Assembly (NCBI GenBank): GCA_964022095.1
Contig: CAXHZO010000001.1
Span: 32,001-96,000 of the forward strand
Direction of reading: 5' to 3'
DNA length: 64,000 nt
From: an uncultured Arcobacteraceae bacterium
Lineage (GTDB): Bacteria > Campylobacterota > Campylobacteria > Campylobacterales > Arcobacteraceae
The notes beneath the pieces were generated by a model. That model saw only the letters and a list, made by a program, of their open reading frames with translations, made no database searches and was not told where the DNA came from. Positions 18,984 through 29,084 of this stretch are shown here, in pieces; position 1 is the stretch's first letter, and each line of letters opens with the position of its first letter. The position numbers and the translations under genes were made by a program.

Positions 18984-19358
18984 ATGAACAATATAGATAA
19001 AATAACAAACAATACTAATATAAAATTAACAAGTGCAAGAAAAGCTATTTTGGAAGTTTTGATTGAATCAAATAAACCTTTATGTTATGAAGATATAAAA
19101 AGTAATTTATCTATGGATAAAGCAACTTTTTATAGAAACATTACAAAATTTGAAGAAGAAAATATTATAAGTTCATTTGAATCAAATGACAAAAAAAGAT
19201 ACTTTGAAATACAAAAGACACCTCATTCACACTTTATATGCTCTAATTGTTCAAAAATAGAGTGTATTCATGAAAGTTTAGAGTTTAAGTTAGAAAAACA
19301 CCAAATAGATACTATTATAATCAAAGGCTTATGCCCTAATTGTATTAGCAATAATTAA
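18984..19358 (+). CDS. Fur-family regulator, probably Zur
   Basis: KLTSARKAIL, ATFYR, HSHFICSNC and C-terminal CPNC; divergent from zinc-uptake genes. Confidence 0.88.
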   Translation: MNNIDKITNNTNIKLTSARKAILEVLIESNKPLCYEDIKSNLSMDKATFYRNITKFEEENIISSFESNDKKRYFEIQKTPHSHFICSNCSKIECIHESLEFKLEKHQIDTIIIKGLCPNCISNN

Positions 19359-19371
19359 AAGGAATTATAAA

Positions 19372-20697
19372 ATGATCAAAAAAAAGAATGTTGAACATGT
19401 GGTTGAAAATGTAGTTGAAAAATTCAATTCTATGCAATATTTTATAAATAAAGAAGCTCTAAGTGGTATTTTACTTTTCATTGCTACAGTTGCAGCGGTT
19501 ATCGTTGCTAACTCATCATGGGGACAAGAGTATTATGATTTATGGCATATGCCACTTGGTATAACTCTTGGAGATAAAACTATCTCTATGACTTTAACTT
19601 ATTGGATTGATGATGGGTTAATGGCACTATTTTTCCTAATGGTTGGTTTAGAAATAAAAAGAGAAATGGTTATAGGAGAGTTATCTTCTGTTAGCAAAGC
19701 AGCCTTCCCAATAGTTGCTGCTATTGGAGGTATGTTAGTTCCTGCACTTATATATGTAGCATTGAATCCAGATAATCCACTTGGATTTGGTATTCCAATG
19801 GCTACAGATATTGCCTTTGCATTAGGTATTTTAATGCTTCTTGGAACAAAAGTAAATCCTGCATTAAAACTATTTTTAGTTGCCCTTGCTGTTGTTGATG
19901 ACTTAGGTGCTGTTTTAGTAGTAGCAACTGTTTATACATCTGACATCAAAGCAGAATACTTTATACATGCAGCTGTTATCTATGGTTTAATTTGGTTCTT
20001 AAACTTTAGAGGAGTTACAAAACTTTTACCTTATTTATTACTTGGTATTTTATTATGGATTTATATCCATGAAATTGGAATTCATGCAACAATTGCTGGT
20101 GTATTATTAGCATTTGCTATTCCTATTGGTTCAAATATTGATGAAAGAAATTTTATTGAAAATACAAGAAGAGATATTGATGATTTTGAAAATCATATAG
20201 ATGATATACCAGTTTTAAATCATCATCAAATAGATAACCTTGAAAATATAGCCCATGGATATGATAAGGTTCAAAATCCACTTGTAAGACTGGAGCATGA
20301 TTTACATGGTTTATCTGCATTTTTCATTATGCCTTTATTTGCATTTTCAAATGCAGGAGTTTTAATTGACTTCTCAACTATTGATGCAAACTTAATGATT
20401 GTACTTGGGGTAGTATTTGGATTACTAGTTGGTAAGCCAATTGGAGTATTTGGGTTAACTTATCTAGCAACTAAACTAAAAATAGTTAAAAAACCAGATA
20501 ATATCTCATGGTATGAAATTTTTGCAGTTGGTTTCTTAGCGGGTATTGGATTTACGATGTCTATTTTTATCACTCACTTAGCATTCTTAGATGAAAATAT
20601 TATTAGTGCAGTAAAACTTGGAGTATTTGCAGCTTCATTTTTAGCAGCAATTATTGGTGTAGCCTTAATTTTAGCAAAACCTAAAAAAGCTGCTTAA
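19372..20697 (+). CDS. nhaA: Na+/H+ antiporter NhaA
   Basis: GLEIKRE, PMATDIAF, LAVVDDLGA, GKPIG and GIGFTMS motifs. Confidence 0.96.
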   Translation: MIKKKNVEHVVENVVEKFNSMQYFINKEALSGILLFIATVAAVIVANSSWGQEYYDLWHMPLGITLGDKTISMTLTYWIDDGLMALFFLMVGLEIKREMVIGELSSVSKAAFPIVAAIGGMLVPALIYVALNPDNPLGFGIPMATDIAFALGILMLLGTKVNPALKLFLVALAVVDDLGAVLVVATVYTSDIKAEYFIHAAVIYGLIWFLNFRGVTKLLPYLLLGILLWIYIHEIGIHATIAGVLLAFAIPIGSNIDERNFIENTRRDIDDFENHIDDIPVLNHHQIDNLENIAHGYDKVQNPLVRLEHDLHGLSAFFIMPLFAFSNAGVLIDFSTIDANLMIVLGVVFGLLVGKPIGVFGLTYLATKLKIVKKPDNISWYEIFAVGFLAGIGFTMSIFITHLAFLDENIISAVKLGVFAASFLAAIIGVALILAKPKKAA

Positions 20698-20708
20698 TCC
20701 TGTTTTAA

Positions 20709-20726
20709 ATAGCAATTTTATTCTAT
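20709..20726 (+). repeat. 18-bp direct repeat copy 1 (candidate AraC-family binding site)
   Basis: ATAGCAATTTTATTCTAT, identical to 21531-21548. Confidence 0.7.
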
Positions 20727-20757
20727 TTTATTTTTTACCTTTTAGTTATAATAAAAT

Positions 20758-21534
20758 ATGAATAAAATTATGCTAGATAAAATCTCTTTTGAGAATATAA
20801 AAACTTTAGACGAAAGTTTTTCAAAACATTTCCATGATACTTATACTTTAGGTATAACTTATGATGGTGTTTTTAAATCACATAATCTAACTAAAGACTT
20901 CTATTTTTATAAAAAATCTATTAGAATTAATAATCCAGGAGACATACATAGCGGTCAATCAAATTCATGGACCCATGCAAATTTTTATCCAACAGTTGAA
21001 TTACTAAGTTCAATTTATTATCAAATATATGAAGAGTACAAAACACCATATTTTATAAATCATATAATTGAGGATCCAATTTTGTTTTCAAAGCTTCATG
21101 ATTTTTTCTTTGCTTATTTTAATAACTTAGATACTTTAGAAATAGAAACAAAACTACATAATGCCTTATCATACTTAGTTATAAACTATACTTCATATAA
21201 TAAAAAAATCAATAATATATTTGATGATAAAAAGATTGTTAAATTGACATATGAATATATTAAAGACTCTTTAGATACAAAATTCACATTAGATGAACTT
21301 GCTTTAAATTCAAATCTTAGTAAATATCATTTTTTAAGAGTTTTTAAAAAAGAGTTTGGACTTACTCCTCATAATTTTATAATTAACCAAAGAATAAATA
21401 AAGCTTTTGAGCTAATAAAAAGTGGAACTAAAATTTCAGAAGCATGTTTAGATGTAGGATTTAATGATCAATCACACTTTACAAGAAACTTCAAAAAATT
21501 ATATGGATATACACCCTCAAAATTAATTGTATAG
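20758..21534 (+). CDS. AraC-family transcriptional regulator
   Basis: N-terminal KHFHDTY; C-terminal LSKYHFLRVFKK..G.TP and GF.DQSHF.R.FKK.YG.TP. Confidence 0.93.
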   Translation: MNKIMLDKISFENIKTLDESFSKHFHDTYTLGITYDGVFKSHNLTKDFYFYKKSIRINNPGDIHSGQSNSWTHANFYPTVELLSSIYYQIYEEYKTPYFINHIIEDPILFSKLHDFFFAYFNNLDTLEIETKLHNALSYLVINYTSYNKKINNIFDDKKIVKLTYEYIKDSLDTKFTLDELALNSNLSKYHFLRVFKKEFGLTPHNFIINQRINKAFELIKSGTKISEACLDVGFNDQSHFTRNFKKLYGYTPSKLIV

Positions 21535-21548
21535 CAATTTTATTCTAT
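21531..21548 (+). repeat. 18-bp direct repeat copy 2 (candidate AraC-family binding site)
   Basis: ATAGCAATTTTATTCTAT upstream of the DMT gene. Confidence 0.7.
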
Positions 21549-21594
21549 ACAAAATATACTTTTTTATTATATATTTAAAATAAAAAGAGAATAA

Positions 21595-22491
21595 ATGACT
21601 GAAACAAATAAAAACATTTTTTACTTCTTACTATTTTTTGCAATGATTGGATGGGGTGCTTCGTGGGTTAATATAAAAGTACTAAGTTCATATATAAATG
21701 AATTTGAAACTATGTTTTTTAGATTTTTTATAACAGCAATTACTATGATTCCAATAATCTTAGTTTTGAAAAAATCTTTTAAAATTGATTTAAAAAGTTT
21801 AGTACTAGTTGGTATAACTTCAATTGTGTTTATAGCTTATATGAAATATTTCTTTTTAGGTACAAAGTTTGGTACAGCATCACTAGGTGGGGCTTTTGTT
21901 ACAAGTTTAATTCCCATAAATACCTTTTTAATTTTAGCTTTATTAGGAACAAAAAAAATTACAAAAAAAGATAGTTTTGCTTTAGTTTTAGGAATAATAG
22001 GAGTTATGACTATCTTAAATGTTTGGTCTTTTAATTTAGATGAAATATTTGTTATTCATAATTTATACTTTATATTAGCTTCAATTCTTTGGCCAATAGT
22101 TACAATACTTAGTTCTAAATCAGTAAAAATTTCACCTATTGTTTTTACATTTTATTTGTATCTTGTGACTTCACTTTTAAATATAGTTTTCTTTGTAGAT
22201 TTAAAAACAATTGAATATACAAACTTTGATTGGATTTTTTATGTAAATGTTGCTTGCATCTCAATAGCTGCTTCAACTTTTGCAAATACAATTTATTTTT
22301 TAGGAATTGAAAAACTAGGTGCTAGAGAAGTTAGCTCTTTTATATTTTTAGTTCCCTTTGCAGCAATCACATTAAGTGCAATATTTTTAGAAGAAAAGAT
22401 TAGTTACTCAATTGTTATTGGAACTATAATGACAATATTTGCAGTAAAAATATTAAATGATATAAAAATCTTCAAGAATAAGAAGTTTTAA
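21595..22491 (+). CDS. DMT/EamA-family transporter
   Basis: 10-TM, WG.SW, FFRF and FL.EK motifs. Confidence 0.9.
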   Translation: MTETNKNIFYFLLFFAMIGWGASWVNIKVLSSYINEFETMFFRFFITAITMIPIILVLKKSFKIDLKSLVLVGITSIVFIAYMKYFFLGTKFGTASLGGAFVTSLIPINTFLILALLGTKKITKKDSFALVLGIIGVMTILNVWSFNLDEIFVIHNLYFILASILWPIVTILSSKSVKISPIVFTFYLYLVTSLLNIVFFVDLKTIEYTNFDWIFYVNVACISIAASTFANTIYFLGIEKLGAREVSSFIFLVPFAAITLSAIFLEEKISYSIVIGTIMTIFAVKILNDIKIFKNKKF

Positions 22492-22496
22492 AACCT

Positions 22497-23354
22497 CTAT
22501 TCTTGTTTTTCTAAAACTTCTTTTGTAAGTTCACTTCCAAAGTTTATCAACTCATCAGCTCTATGAAAATCATAAAAATCACAAACATCACTAGGAATCT
22601 CTATCATTATATCAGGTCTATGAGATGCTAGTTGATGTCTAGAAATAACTTCTTGCATAGTCTCTATTGATTTATTTATAAGTTGAAAGTAACTCATATT
22701 TTCTTTCTTAGTAACATTTTTTTTAAAGAATTTTTGAATATTTTCTTCAATAAAACTTTGTTCTTTTTTTAGTATCTCTTTATGCTCTTTACTAACTTTT
22801 GTATCACTATTTAAATTAACTGCAATAATGAGATCTGTAAACTGTGAAGCAGTTGGTAAAATAGGTAGTGGATTTAAAATTCCACCATCAAATAAGAGTC
22901 TTTCATTTATTTCAATGGGTGTAAAAACAGTTGGTATTGCAATTGATGCTCTAATTGCATTTTTTAAACTTCCTTTTTGAAGCCAAACCTCTTTTTTATT
23001 TACAATATCCGTTGCAGTTGCTGTAAAATCAATATCTAAATCTTCAATACAAATATCACCAATAATCTCTTCAATTTTAGAAAAAACTTTATCAGCTTTT
23101 ATCATACCTGTACTTTTAAATGAAAAATCTACAAGTTTTAAAACATCGATAACATTAAAGTTTGATACCCACTGTTCATATTCATCTAATTTTCCTGCAG
23201 CATACAATCCACCAATTAAAGCTCCCATTGAAGAACCTGAAATTGATTTTATTTCATAACCTTGTTTTTCAAGCTGCTTTATTACTCCTATATGAGCATA
23301 ACCTCTAGCTCCACCACTTCCTAAAACTAGAGATACTGTTTTTTTATTTTCCAT
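22497..23354 (-). CDS. Patatin-like phospholipase (RssA-like)
   Basis: GSGGARG, GSSMG and DGG motifs. Confidence 0.93.
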   Translation of the reverse strand: MENKKTVSLVLGSGGARGYAHIGVIKQLEKQGYEIKSISGSSMGALIGGLYAAGKLDEYEQWVSNFNVIDVLKLVDFSFKSTGMIKADKVFSKIEEIIGDICIEDLDIDFTATATDIVNKKEVWLQKGSLKNAIRASIAIPTVFTPIEINERLLFDGGILNPLPILPTASQFTDLIIAVNLNSDTKVSKEHKEILKKEQSFIEENIQKFFKKNVTKKENMSYFQLINKSIETMQEVISRHQLASHRPDIMIEIPSDVCDFYDFHRADELINFGSELTKEVLEKQE

Positions 23355-23363
23355 TATAAATGC

Positions 23364-25430
23364 TTAAAAGCTCTCCCACTCATCATCATTTACATTTGAT
23401 GTAATTACTTTTGCAGGTTCACTTTTTGTTACTTTTTTAGCAACAGGTATTTCAAAAGAAGAATTTTGAGGGTTAGGTTTACTTTCTTCTTGTGAATCTA
23501 ATATAGATTTACTAATATCAGATGCTGTAATTTGAACACCTAAATCAACTTTCTTTGCTATTACACTATCTTTACCAGCAAACTCTTTTGCATTTGCATT
23601 TACTACAACAGTATGAGCTATAACTTCAGTAGACTCAGCAATACTTTTAGTATTTGCTGCAACTGCTGCATTTTGTTGTGTTTGTTTATCTAAAGAGTTT
23701 ACAGCATCATTAATTTGTGAAATTCCAGTTAATTGTTCTTTTGATGAACCTTCAACGTCTTTTATTAGTTCTAATGTTTTAGCGATATTTTCATTTAAGC
23801 CACTGTAACCTTCAATCATTTTTGAAGCAATTGATTTACCACTATTTGCTTTTTGTGTTGCATCCTCGACTAAATCTTTAATCTCTTTTGCAGCTTCTGC
23901 AGATCTTGCAGCTAAATTTCTAACTTCTTGTGCAACTACTGCAAATCCTTTTCCAGCTTCGCCAGCAGTTGCTGCTTCAACAGCTGCGTTTAGTGATAAA
24001 ATATTTGTTTGGAATGCAATCTGATCAATGATTGTAATTGCATCATTAATTGCTGTAACTTTATCATTAATTTCATCCATTGATGATGTTGTTTGAGCCG
24101 CTAACTTTTCACCTTCTGTTGAAGAAGTTGCTAAGTCATTTGCATAATTTGACATTTGGACTACTTTGCCATTGTCATTTGAAATAGTAGAAGTTATCTC
24201 TTCAAGTGCTGCTGCTGTTTCTTCTAAAGATGCAGCTGCTTGTGTTGATGAGTTACTTAAATCTTGAACATTATCCATAAGTGATTTAGAATTATCTTCT
24301 AGTGTTAATCCATTAGCTTTATTTTCAACTAACATTGTAGTAATTGCATCACCTAATTCATTTACTGCAACTGCAACTTTTCCATATGCATTCTCAAATC
24401 TTGGCGTATAATCATACTTACTAAAACTCTCTAAGATAAATAATAATCTATTTAAATCTCTTGCAATTGTATTTTCTAAATAATCTTGTAATTCAATAAG
24501 TAGTTTTTTAAGCTCAATAAGACTTGGAGAGTTTGAGTCTTTTTGTATTTTTGCTAACATATTTCCTGATTTTAATTCTTCTACAAATCTTGTTACATCA
24601 GCAATAAACTCTTCATCTTTAAAAATATCTTTTTGAGTTTTTTGGATATTTGCATTTATAACTTTTGACATATTACCTATATCATCATTACTACTATCAT
24701 CTAATAATTCAACATCTTTTGTCTCTTTATTTAAAAAATCGAAAAAATCAATCAAACCTTTTTGGAAAGACTCTAATTTTGGAACAGTTTTATAATATAA
24801 AATTACATAACCTATTGCAATAAACACAAGTAATAAAATCCCTAAGAAGATATTTAAAATAATTGCTGTGTGCAAAGACTTTTCAATATCAACTGAGATT
24901 GTTGTATTTTCCTTAAGCTCAAAGTTAATTATTTCATCAAGTTCACTAGATACTTTTTCTACATAAGGGTCAAATTTTTCCATCATTTTATTACCTGCTG
25001 TTGGACCTTGTTTTATATAAACATTTGCCATTTTTTTGCCCATTTCGTAAAATGCAGATATGTCACTTCTTATTTCATTTAAATTATCGACTTGATTAGT
25101 ATGTCCATTGTTTTTATGCAATTGGATTAATTTATCAATATTTTTATTAGTTAAATCAAAATAGTTTTTAGCTTCAGTAAAACCATCATCATAACCTTCA
25201 GCACCTCTTGTTGCTGAAATATCAGTAAGCCATTGTTGTACTTGAATAACATTTTTTTGTAAATTTAAAAGCTCAAAACTAATAGGTAAAATATCTTTTT
25301 CTTGTTTTAATACTTTTTTATTTACGCTTTGTAAATCATAGTAATTTATTGCCATACTAAAAACTGCTACAATAGTAACAATAGTTGCTACAACAATCAT
25401 TGTTCCTTTAATCGTCAAATTCTTAAACAT
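23364..25430 (-). CDS. Methyl-accepting chemotaxis protein
   Basis: 2 TM with a periplasmic helical sensor; [30 protein letters not shown] hairpin tip. Confidence 0.95.
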   Translation of the reverse strand: MFKNLTIKGTMIVVATIVTIVAVFSMAINYYDLQSVNKKVLKQEKDILPISFELLNLQKNVIQVQQWLTDISATRGAEGYDDGFTEAKNYFDLTNKNIDKLIQLHKNNGHTNQVDNLNEIRSDISAFYEMGKKMANVYIKQGPTAGNKMMEKFDPYVEKVSSELDEIINFELKENTTISVDIEKSLHTAIILNIFLGILLLVFIAIGYVILYYKTVPKLESFQKGLIDFFDFLNKETKDVELLDDSSNDDIGNMSKVINANIQKTQKDIFKDEEFIADVTRFVEELKSGNMLAKIQKDSNSPSLIELKKLLIELQDYLENTIARDLNRLLFILESFSKYDYTPRFENAYGKVAVAVNELGDAITTMLVENKANGLTLEDNSKSLMDNVQDLSNSSTQAAASLEETAAALEEITSTISNDNGKVVQMSNYANDLATSSTEGEKLAAQTTSSMDEINDKVTAINDAITIIDQIAFQTNILSLNAAVEAATAGEAGKGFAVVAQEVRNLAARSAEAAKEIKDLVEDATQKANSGKSIASKMIEGYSGLNENIAKTLELIKDVEGSSKEQLTGISQINDAVNSLDKQTQQNAAVAANTKSIAESTEVIAHTVVVNANAKEFAGKDSVIAKKVDLGVQITASDISKSILDSQEESKPNPQNSSFEIPVAKKVTKSEPAKVITSNVNDDEWESF

Positions 25431-25453
25431 TCTCTTTCCTTTTTATTTCTTAT

Positions 25454-26158
25454 TTATCTAGGGTAAAAACAGTTATTAATATCTATTGTAATACCGTTTA
25501 TATATTCTGGACAGTCAGTAGCTAACCAAACAATAGCTTTTGCTACTTCTTCTGGTTCAGCAAATCTGTTTGTAACAACTGCAGATTTAAATGCTTTTTT
25601 TCTAGCTTCATCATTATCTTTTTGCATTCCAGTTTCTGCTGCACTTGGGGCAACACAATTTACTGTAATACCATCTGGTCCTAATAATTTTGCATAAATT
25701 TTTGTTGCATTTATAAGTCCAGCTTTTGCAATACCATACCAAACATCAGGGTGGCCTATTTGTCCAGCAATAGAAGCTGTATTTACAATCCTTCCTGATT
25801 TTTTCTTTTTCATTGAAACACTAACTAAATTCATAAGTTCAACAGGAGTGTATAAGTCAACATTCATTAAATGTTCTTTTGCATCTTTAGGGTAGTTATC
25901 ATAAGTATATTTTGGCTGCATATAACCTGCATTATTGATTAGGATATCAACATCTCCTACTTCTTGCATAAGTTGTGGTAAACCTTCAACATTAGATAAA
26001 TCATACTCTATTGCTGTAACCTTTTCAACTCCTACTAGTGGACAATCAGCAAAATCTCTTGCAACAATAGTGATTTCATATCCAAACTCAAGCATAGCTC
26101 GTGATACAGCTAATCCAATTCCTTTATTTCCGCCAGTAATCAGTACTTTTTTTGACAT
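25454..26158 (-). CDS. Short-chain dehydrogenase/reductase
   Basis: TGGNKGIG, NNAG and YGIAK motifs. Confidence 0.93.
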   Translation of the reverse strand: MSKKVLITGGNKGIGLAVSRAMLEFGYEITIVARDFADCPLVGVEKVTAIEYDLSNVEGLPQLMQEVGDVDILINNAGYMQPKYTYDNYPKDAKEHLMNVDLYTPVELMNLVSVSMKKKKSGRIVNTASIAGQIGHPDVWYGIAKAGLINATKIYAKLLGPDGITVNCVAPSAAETGMQKDNDEARKKAFKSAVVTNRFAEPEEVAKAIVWLATDCPEYINGITIDINNCFYPR

Positions 26159-26296
26159 TGCTCTCCCAAAAAATAAATATAAATTATTATATATAAAAAA
26201 GCATTAAATAATAATCAGAAGTAACTTTATAAGTATAGATAAAGTAGATGAGAAAAAGTATAAATAACTAAATGAAAAGTAGTTATATCTTTAGAA

Positions 26297-26986
26297 TTAG
26301 CTTTTAAGTAGTTTTAAAATTCTATCTTTTTCATTTTTTTTGCAACTGTAAATATCTCTTTTTGTTCTTGAACTTTTAAAACAGTTTAATGTTTTTGAGA
26401 AAATAAAAATTTTATCTTTTGAGTTATCAAGCTTAGCCATTTCAACTCTTATTTCATATCTACTAACCAATTCATTTTTGCTAATAATATTTTTTAATCT
26501 TGGATTATCTTCATATGATAGAAATATTTTCTCTAAATTTACTAATTCATTATGCTTACAGGCATTTATGTTTTTTAGTTTTCTTGATTTTTTTATACAA
26601 GTTAATGTTTCAGATAATAATTGTTTTTTTCTTTTTAGTTTTGTTTTTCTTAGTTTTGAGTTATACTCAATTAATAATCTATTTTTTTGAACTATAAACT
26701 CTCTGCTACTATCAAAATCTCTATTAATGTGATCCATCAATCTTTTATGTTCATTAGCTTTACAAACATCAATTTCCCCAGTACTTCTAGAGTTTTTAAT
26801 ACAAGAAAGTGTTTGATTTAGTACTTTAAATCTTAGACTTTTTTTATCAAGTTTTGCTAGCTCAACTCTAATTTCATATCTATTTATTAATTCTTCTTTT
26901 TTATTTTCTAATTCTTTAAATTGATTTTGATAATTTCCAAATAGGTTGATTGTAAGTAATAATAGTATTAAAAAAGAATATTTGAT
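26297..26986 (-). CDS. Secreted hypothetical protein with three Cys-pair repeats; probable ATC start (229 aa)
   Basis: Frame open 82 codons upstream of the track start, up to ATC 26986 after an AAGGAAG SD; N-terminus (M)KYSFLILLLLTINLFG is signal-like; in-frame TAA four codons upstream. Confidence 0.7.
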   Translation of the reverse strand: MKYSFLILLLLTINLFGNYQNQFKELENKKEELINRYEIRVELAKLDKKSLRFKVLNQTLSCIKNSRSTGEIDVCKANEHKRLMDHINRDFDSSREFIVQKNRLLIEYNSKLRKTKLKRKKQLLSETLTCIKKSRKLKNINACKHNELVNLEKIFLSYEDNPRLKNIISKNELVSRYEIRVEMAKLDNSKDKIFIFSKTLNCFKSSRTKRDIYSCKKNEKDRILKLLKS

Positions 26987-27046
26987 GTATCTTCCTTACT
27001 TTTTAACTAATAATACAAGAAAAAAGACAATAAGTAAATAAACTAT

Positions 27047-28168
27047 TTACTTATTGTTTAAAAGATGTTCATATTTCTCATCAGTTAAAAGTTTCATAAA
27101 GGCAACTAATGCTTCTACTTTTCTATCACTTAGTTTTTTTGCTTTTAATTCTTCTAGAGAAATAGTATCTTTTACTTCTGGCTCATCCCACTCTTTTCTA
27201 GTCTCAGGATTTATAGTTCTATCTTTATTATTGTATTTATCATAAAACTCTACTACCGTTTTTAAATCTTTAAATACACCATTATGCATATAAGGAGAAG
27301 TTACAGCTATATTTCTTAGTGTTGGAGTTTTATATTTACCTTTTTGATTTATATCATTTACACTTGGATTGGCTAATAACCCATCATCTTTTAGTTTAAC
27401 TGCATTTTTAGCTCTTAAAATTTTATTTACAGGAACTCCAATATTGTGAAACTCATAGTTTGTAAATGTTTCTCTTGGTGCATCTTCTTTTTTTAGGACA
27501 TGGCAATTTGCACAAGAGTTGTTATTATTTGAGAAAAATATTGTTCTACCTAAATCTTCTAAAACTGTTAAATCATACTCACCTTTTAAAAACTTGTCAT
27601 ACTTTGAATCAAAAGGCGAAAACTGTTCTGTTCTTTCAAAAGTAGCAATTGCACTTGTCATAGCATCATAAGCTTTTTCATCGCTACTGAAAATATTCTC
27701 TCCAAATAGTTCTTTAAAAGTTGATACATAATAACTATTCTCTTTTAATCTTTTTACAACTTCTTTTTTTGAAGCCATTCCCATTTCAATTGGATTTAGT
27801 GGTGGCCCACCTGCTTGCTCTTCTAAAGTATTTACTCTACCATCCCAAAACTGACCACCTTTGTAAACTTTTTTTACTTTATCAAAATGAAACTTTGGTG
27901 AAAACTTTGCATATGCGGCAATTGGAGCATTTCTATCTCCAAGGGATTTTCCATCATCCCCTAAAGATGCCATCTTTGAAATTCCATTTTCTCTATTATC
28001 AACAAAACCTGCATTTGGATTATGACAAGTTGCACAAGACATTGTTCTATTTTTAGATAGGTTTTTATCTAAAAATAGTGCTTGACCTAAGTTTTCTTTT
28101 ACAGCATTTTCACTACTTGCTCCTACACAAAATGAAAATACAAATAATACACCTACTAAATATTTCAT
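27047..28168 (-). CDS. Di-heme cytochrome c peroxidase (bCcP/MauG superfamily)
   Basis: CATCH and CANCH heme sites; QFWDGR, KTPTLRN and PYMHNG motifs; signal peptide. Confidence 0.92.
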   Translation of the reverse strand: MKYLVGVLFVFSFCVGASSENAVKENLGQALFLDKNLSKNRTMSCATCHNPNAGFVDNRENGISKMASLGDDGKSLGDRNAPIAAYAKFSPKFHFDKVKKVYKGGQFWDGRVNTLEEQAGGPPLNPIEMGMASKKEVVKRLKENSYYVSTFKELFGENIFSSDEKAYDAMTSAIATFERTEQFSPFDSKYDKFLKGEYDLTVLEDLGRTIFFSNNNNSCANCHVLKKEDAPRETFTNYEFHNIGVPVNKILRAKNAVKLKDDGLLANPSVNDINQKGKYKTPTLRNIAVTSPYMHNGVFKDLKTVVEFYDKYNNKDRTINPETRKEWDEPEVKDTISLEELKAKKLSDRKVEALVAFMKLLTDEKYEHLLNNK

Positions 28169-29082
28169 ATTTTTCTCCTACTTTTTATTAAAATTAATAC
28201 ATTTAAAAATGGCTTTATCAATACTTTTGAAATAGAATTATAATCACTCATTTGCTCAGCTTTAAGTCCAAACTTTAATGCTTTTACTTCATTTGATAGT
28301 TTTAAACTTCCAAATAAATTATCCCAAATAGCTAAATATCCACCATAATTTTTATTAAAAAACTTCTTACTATGATGAATTTGATGCTGTTTTGGTGAGA
28401 TAAAAAGTTTCTCTAAATATCTTCCATAAGAAAATGGAACATGTGAATGTCTTAAATTTGAACCAAAAATTGAAAATAAAAATAAAATCACATTAACACC
28501 TAGTATCATTTTTATATTTATCATTGCGCCAAAGAAGTAAATAAACACTCCCGTAACTAAACCAATACTTAAACTGTATCTAATACCAAATAGTAAATTC
28601 TCAACTGGATGCACTCTATAAAATGTAAAAGGTGTTAATACTTTTGCACTATGATGAACTTTGTGAAATTCCCATAAAAAAGGAATTGTATGTAAAAGTC
28701 TATGTAGCCAATATCTAGTAAAATCACTTACTAAAAATAAACTCAATGTATACATCACAGTAATTTGTCCATAAGAAAACATTGTATTTTGAAAATAATC
28801 AAACTGTAAGAATAAAAATTTATTTACACTTAAAGCAATAGTTTTTGCACTTAAAATTAATGGTATTAGCAATAACATATTTATAAAATAAGATAAGAAA
28901 AAATAGTAGTAATCTAACTTTGCACTAGGATGTAACCATAGTTTTGCAGAAGTAATTAATCTACTACTTTTTTTTGTATAATAAAAATATCCTATTGCTA
29001 ATAACACAGAAGTAATAATATAAATCCAGTATAATCTCTTACCTGGATTTATAAAATACTCTAAAGCGAAAAAATCATTCAC
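28165..29082 (-). CDS. Sterol desaturase/fatty-acid hydroxylase family membrane di-iron enzyme
   Basis: His boxes HRLLH, HKVHH, HSH and HQIHH; NYG...IWD.LFG. Confidence 0.9.
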   Translation of the reverse strand: MNDFFALEYFINPGKRLYWIYIITSVLLAIGYFYYTKKSSRLITSAKLWLHPSAKLDYYYFFLSYFINMLLLIPLILSAKTIALSVNKFLFLQFDYFQNTMFSYGQITVMYTLSLFLVSDFTRYWLHRLLHTIPFLWEFHKVHHSAKVLTPFTFYRVHPVENLLFGIRYSLSIGLVTGVFIYFFGAMINIKMILGVNVILFLFSIFGSNLRHSHVPFSYGRYLEKLFISPKQHQIHHSKKFFNKNYGGYLAIWDNLFGSLKLSNEVKALKFGLKAEQMSDYNSISKVLIKPFLNVLILIKSRRKI

Positions 29083-29084
29083 AA

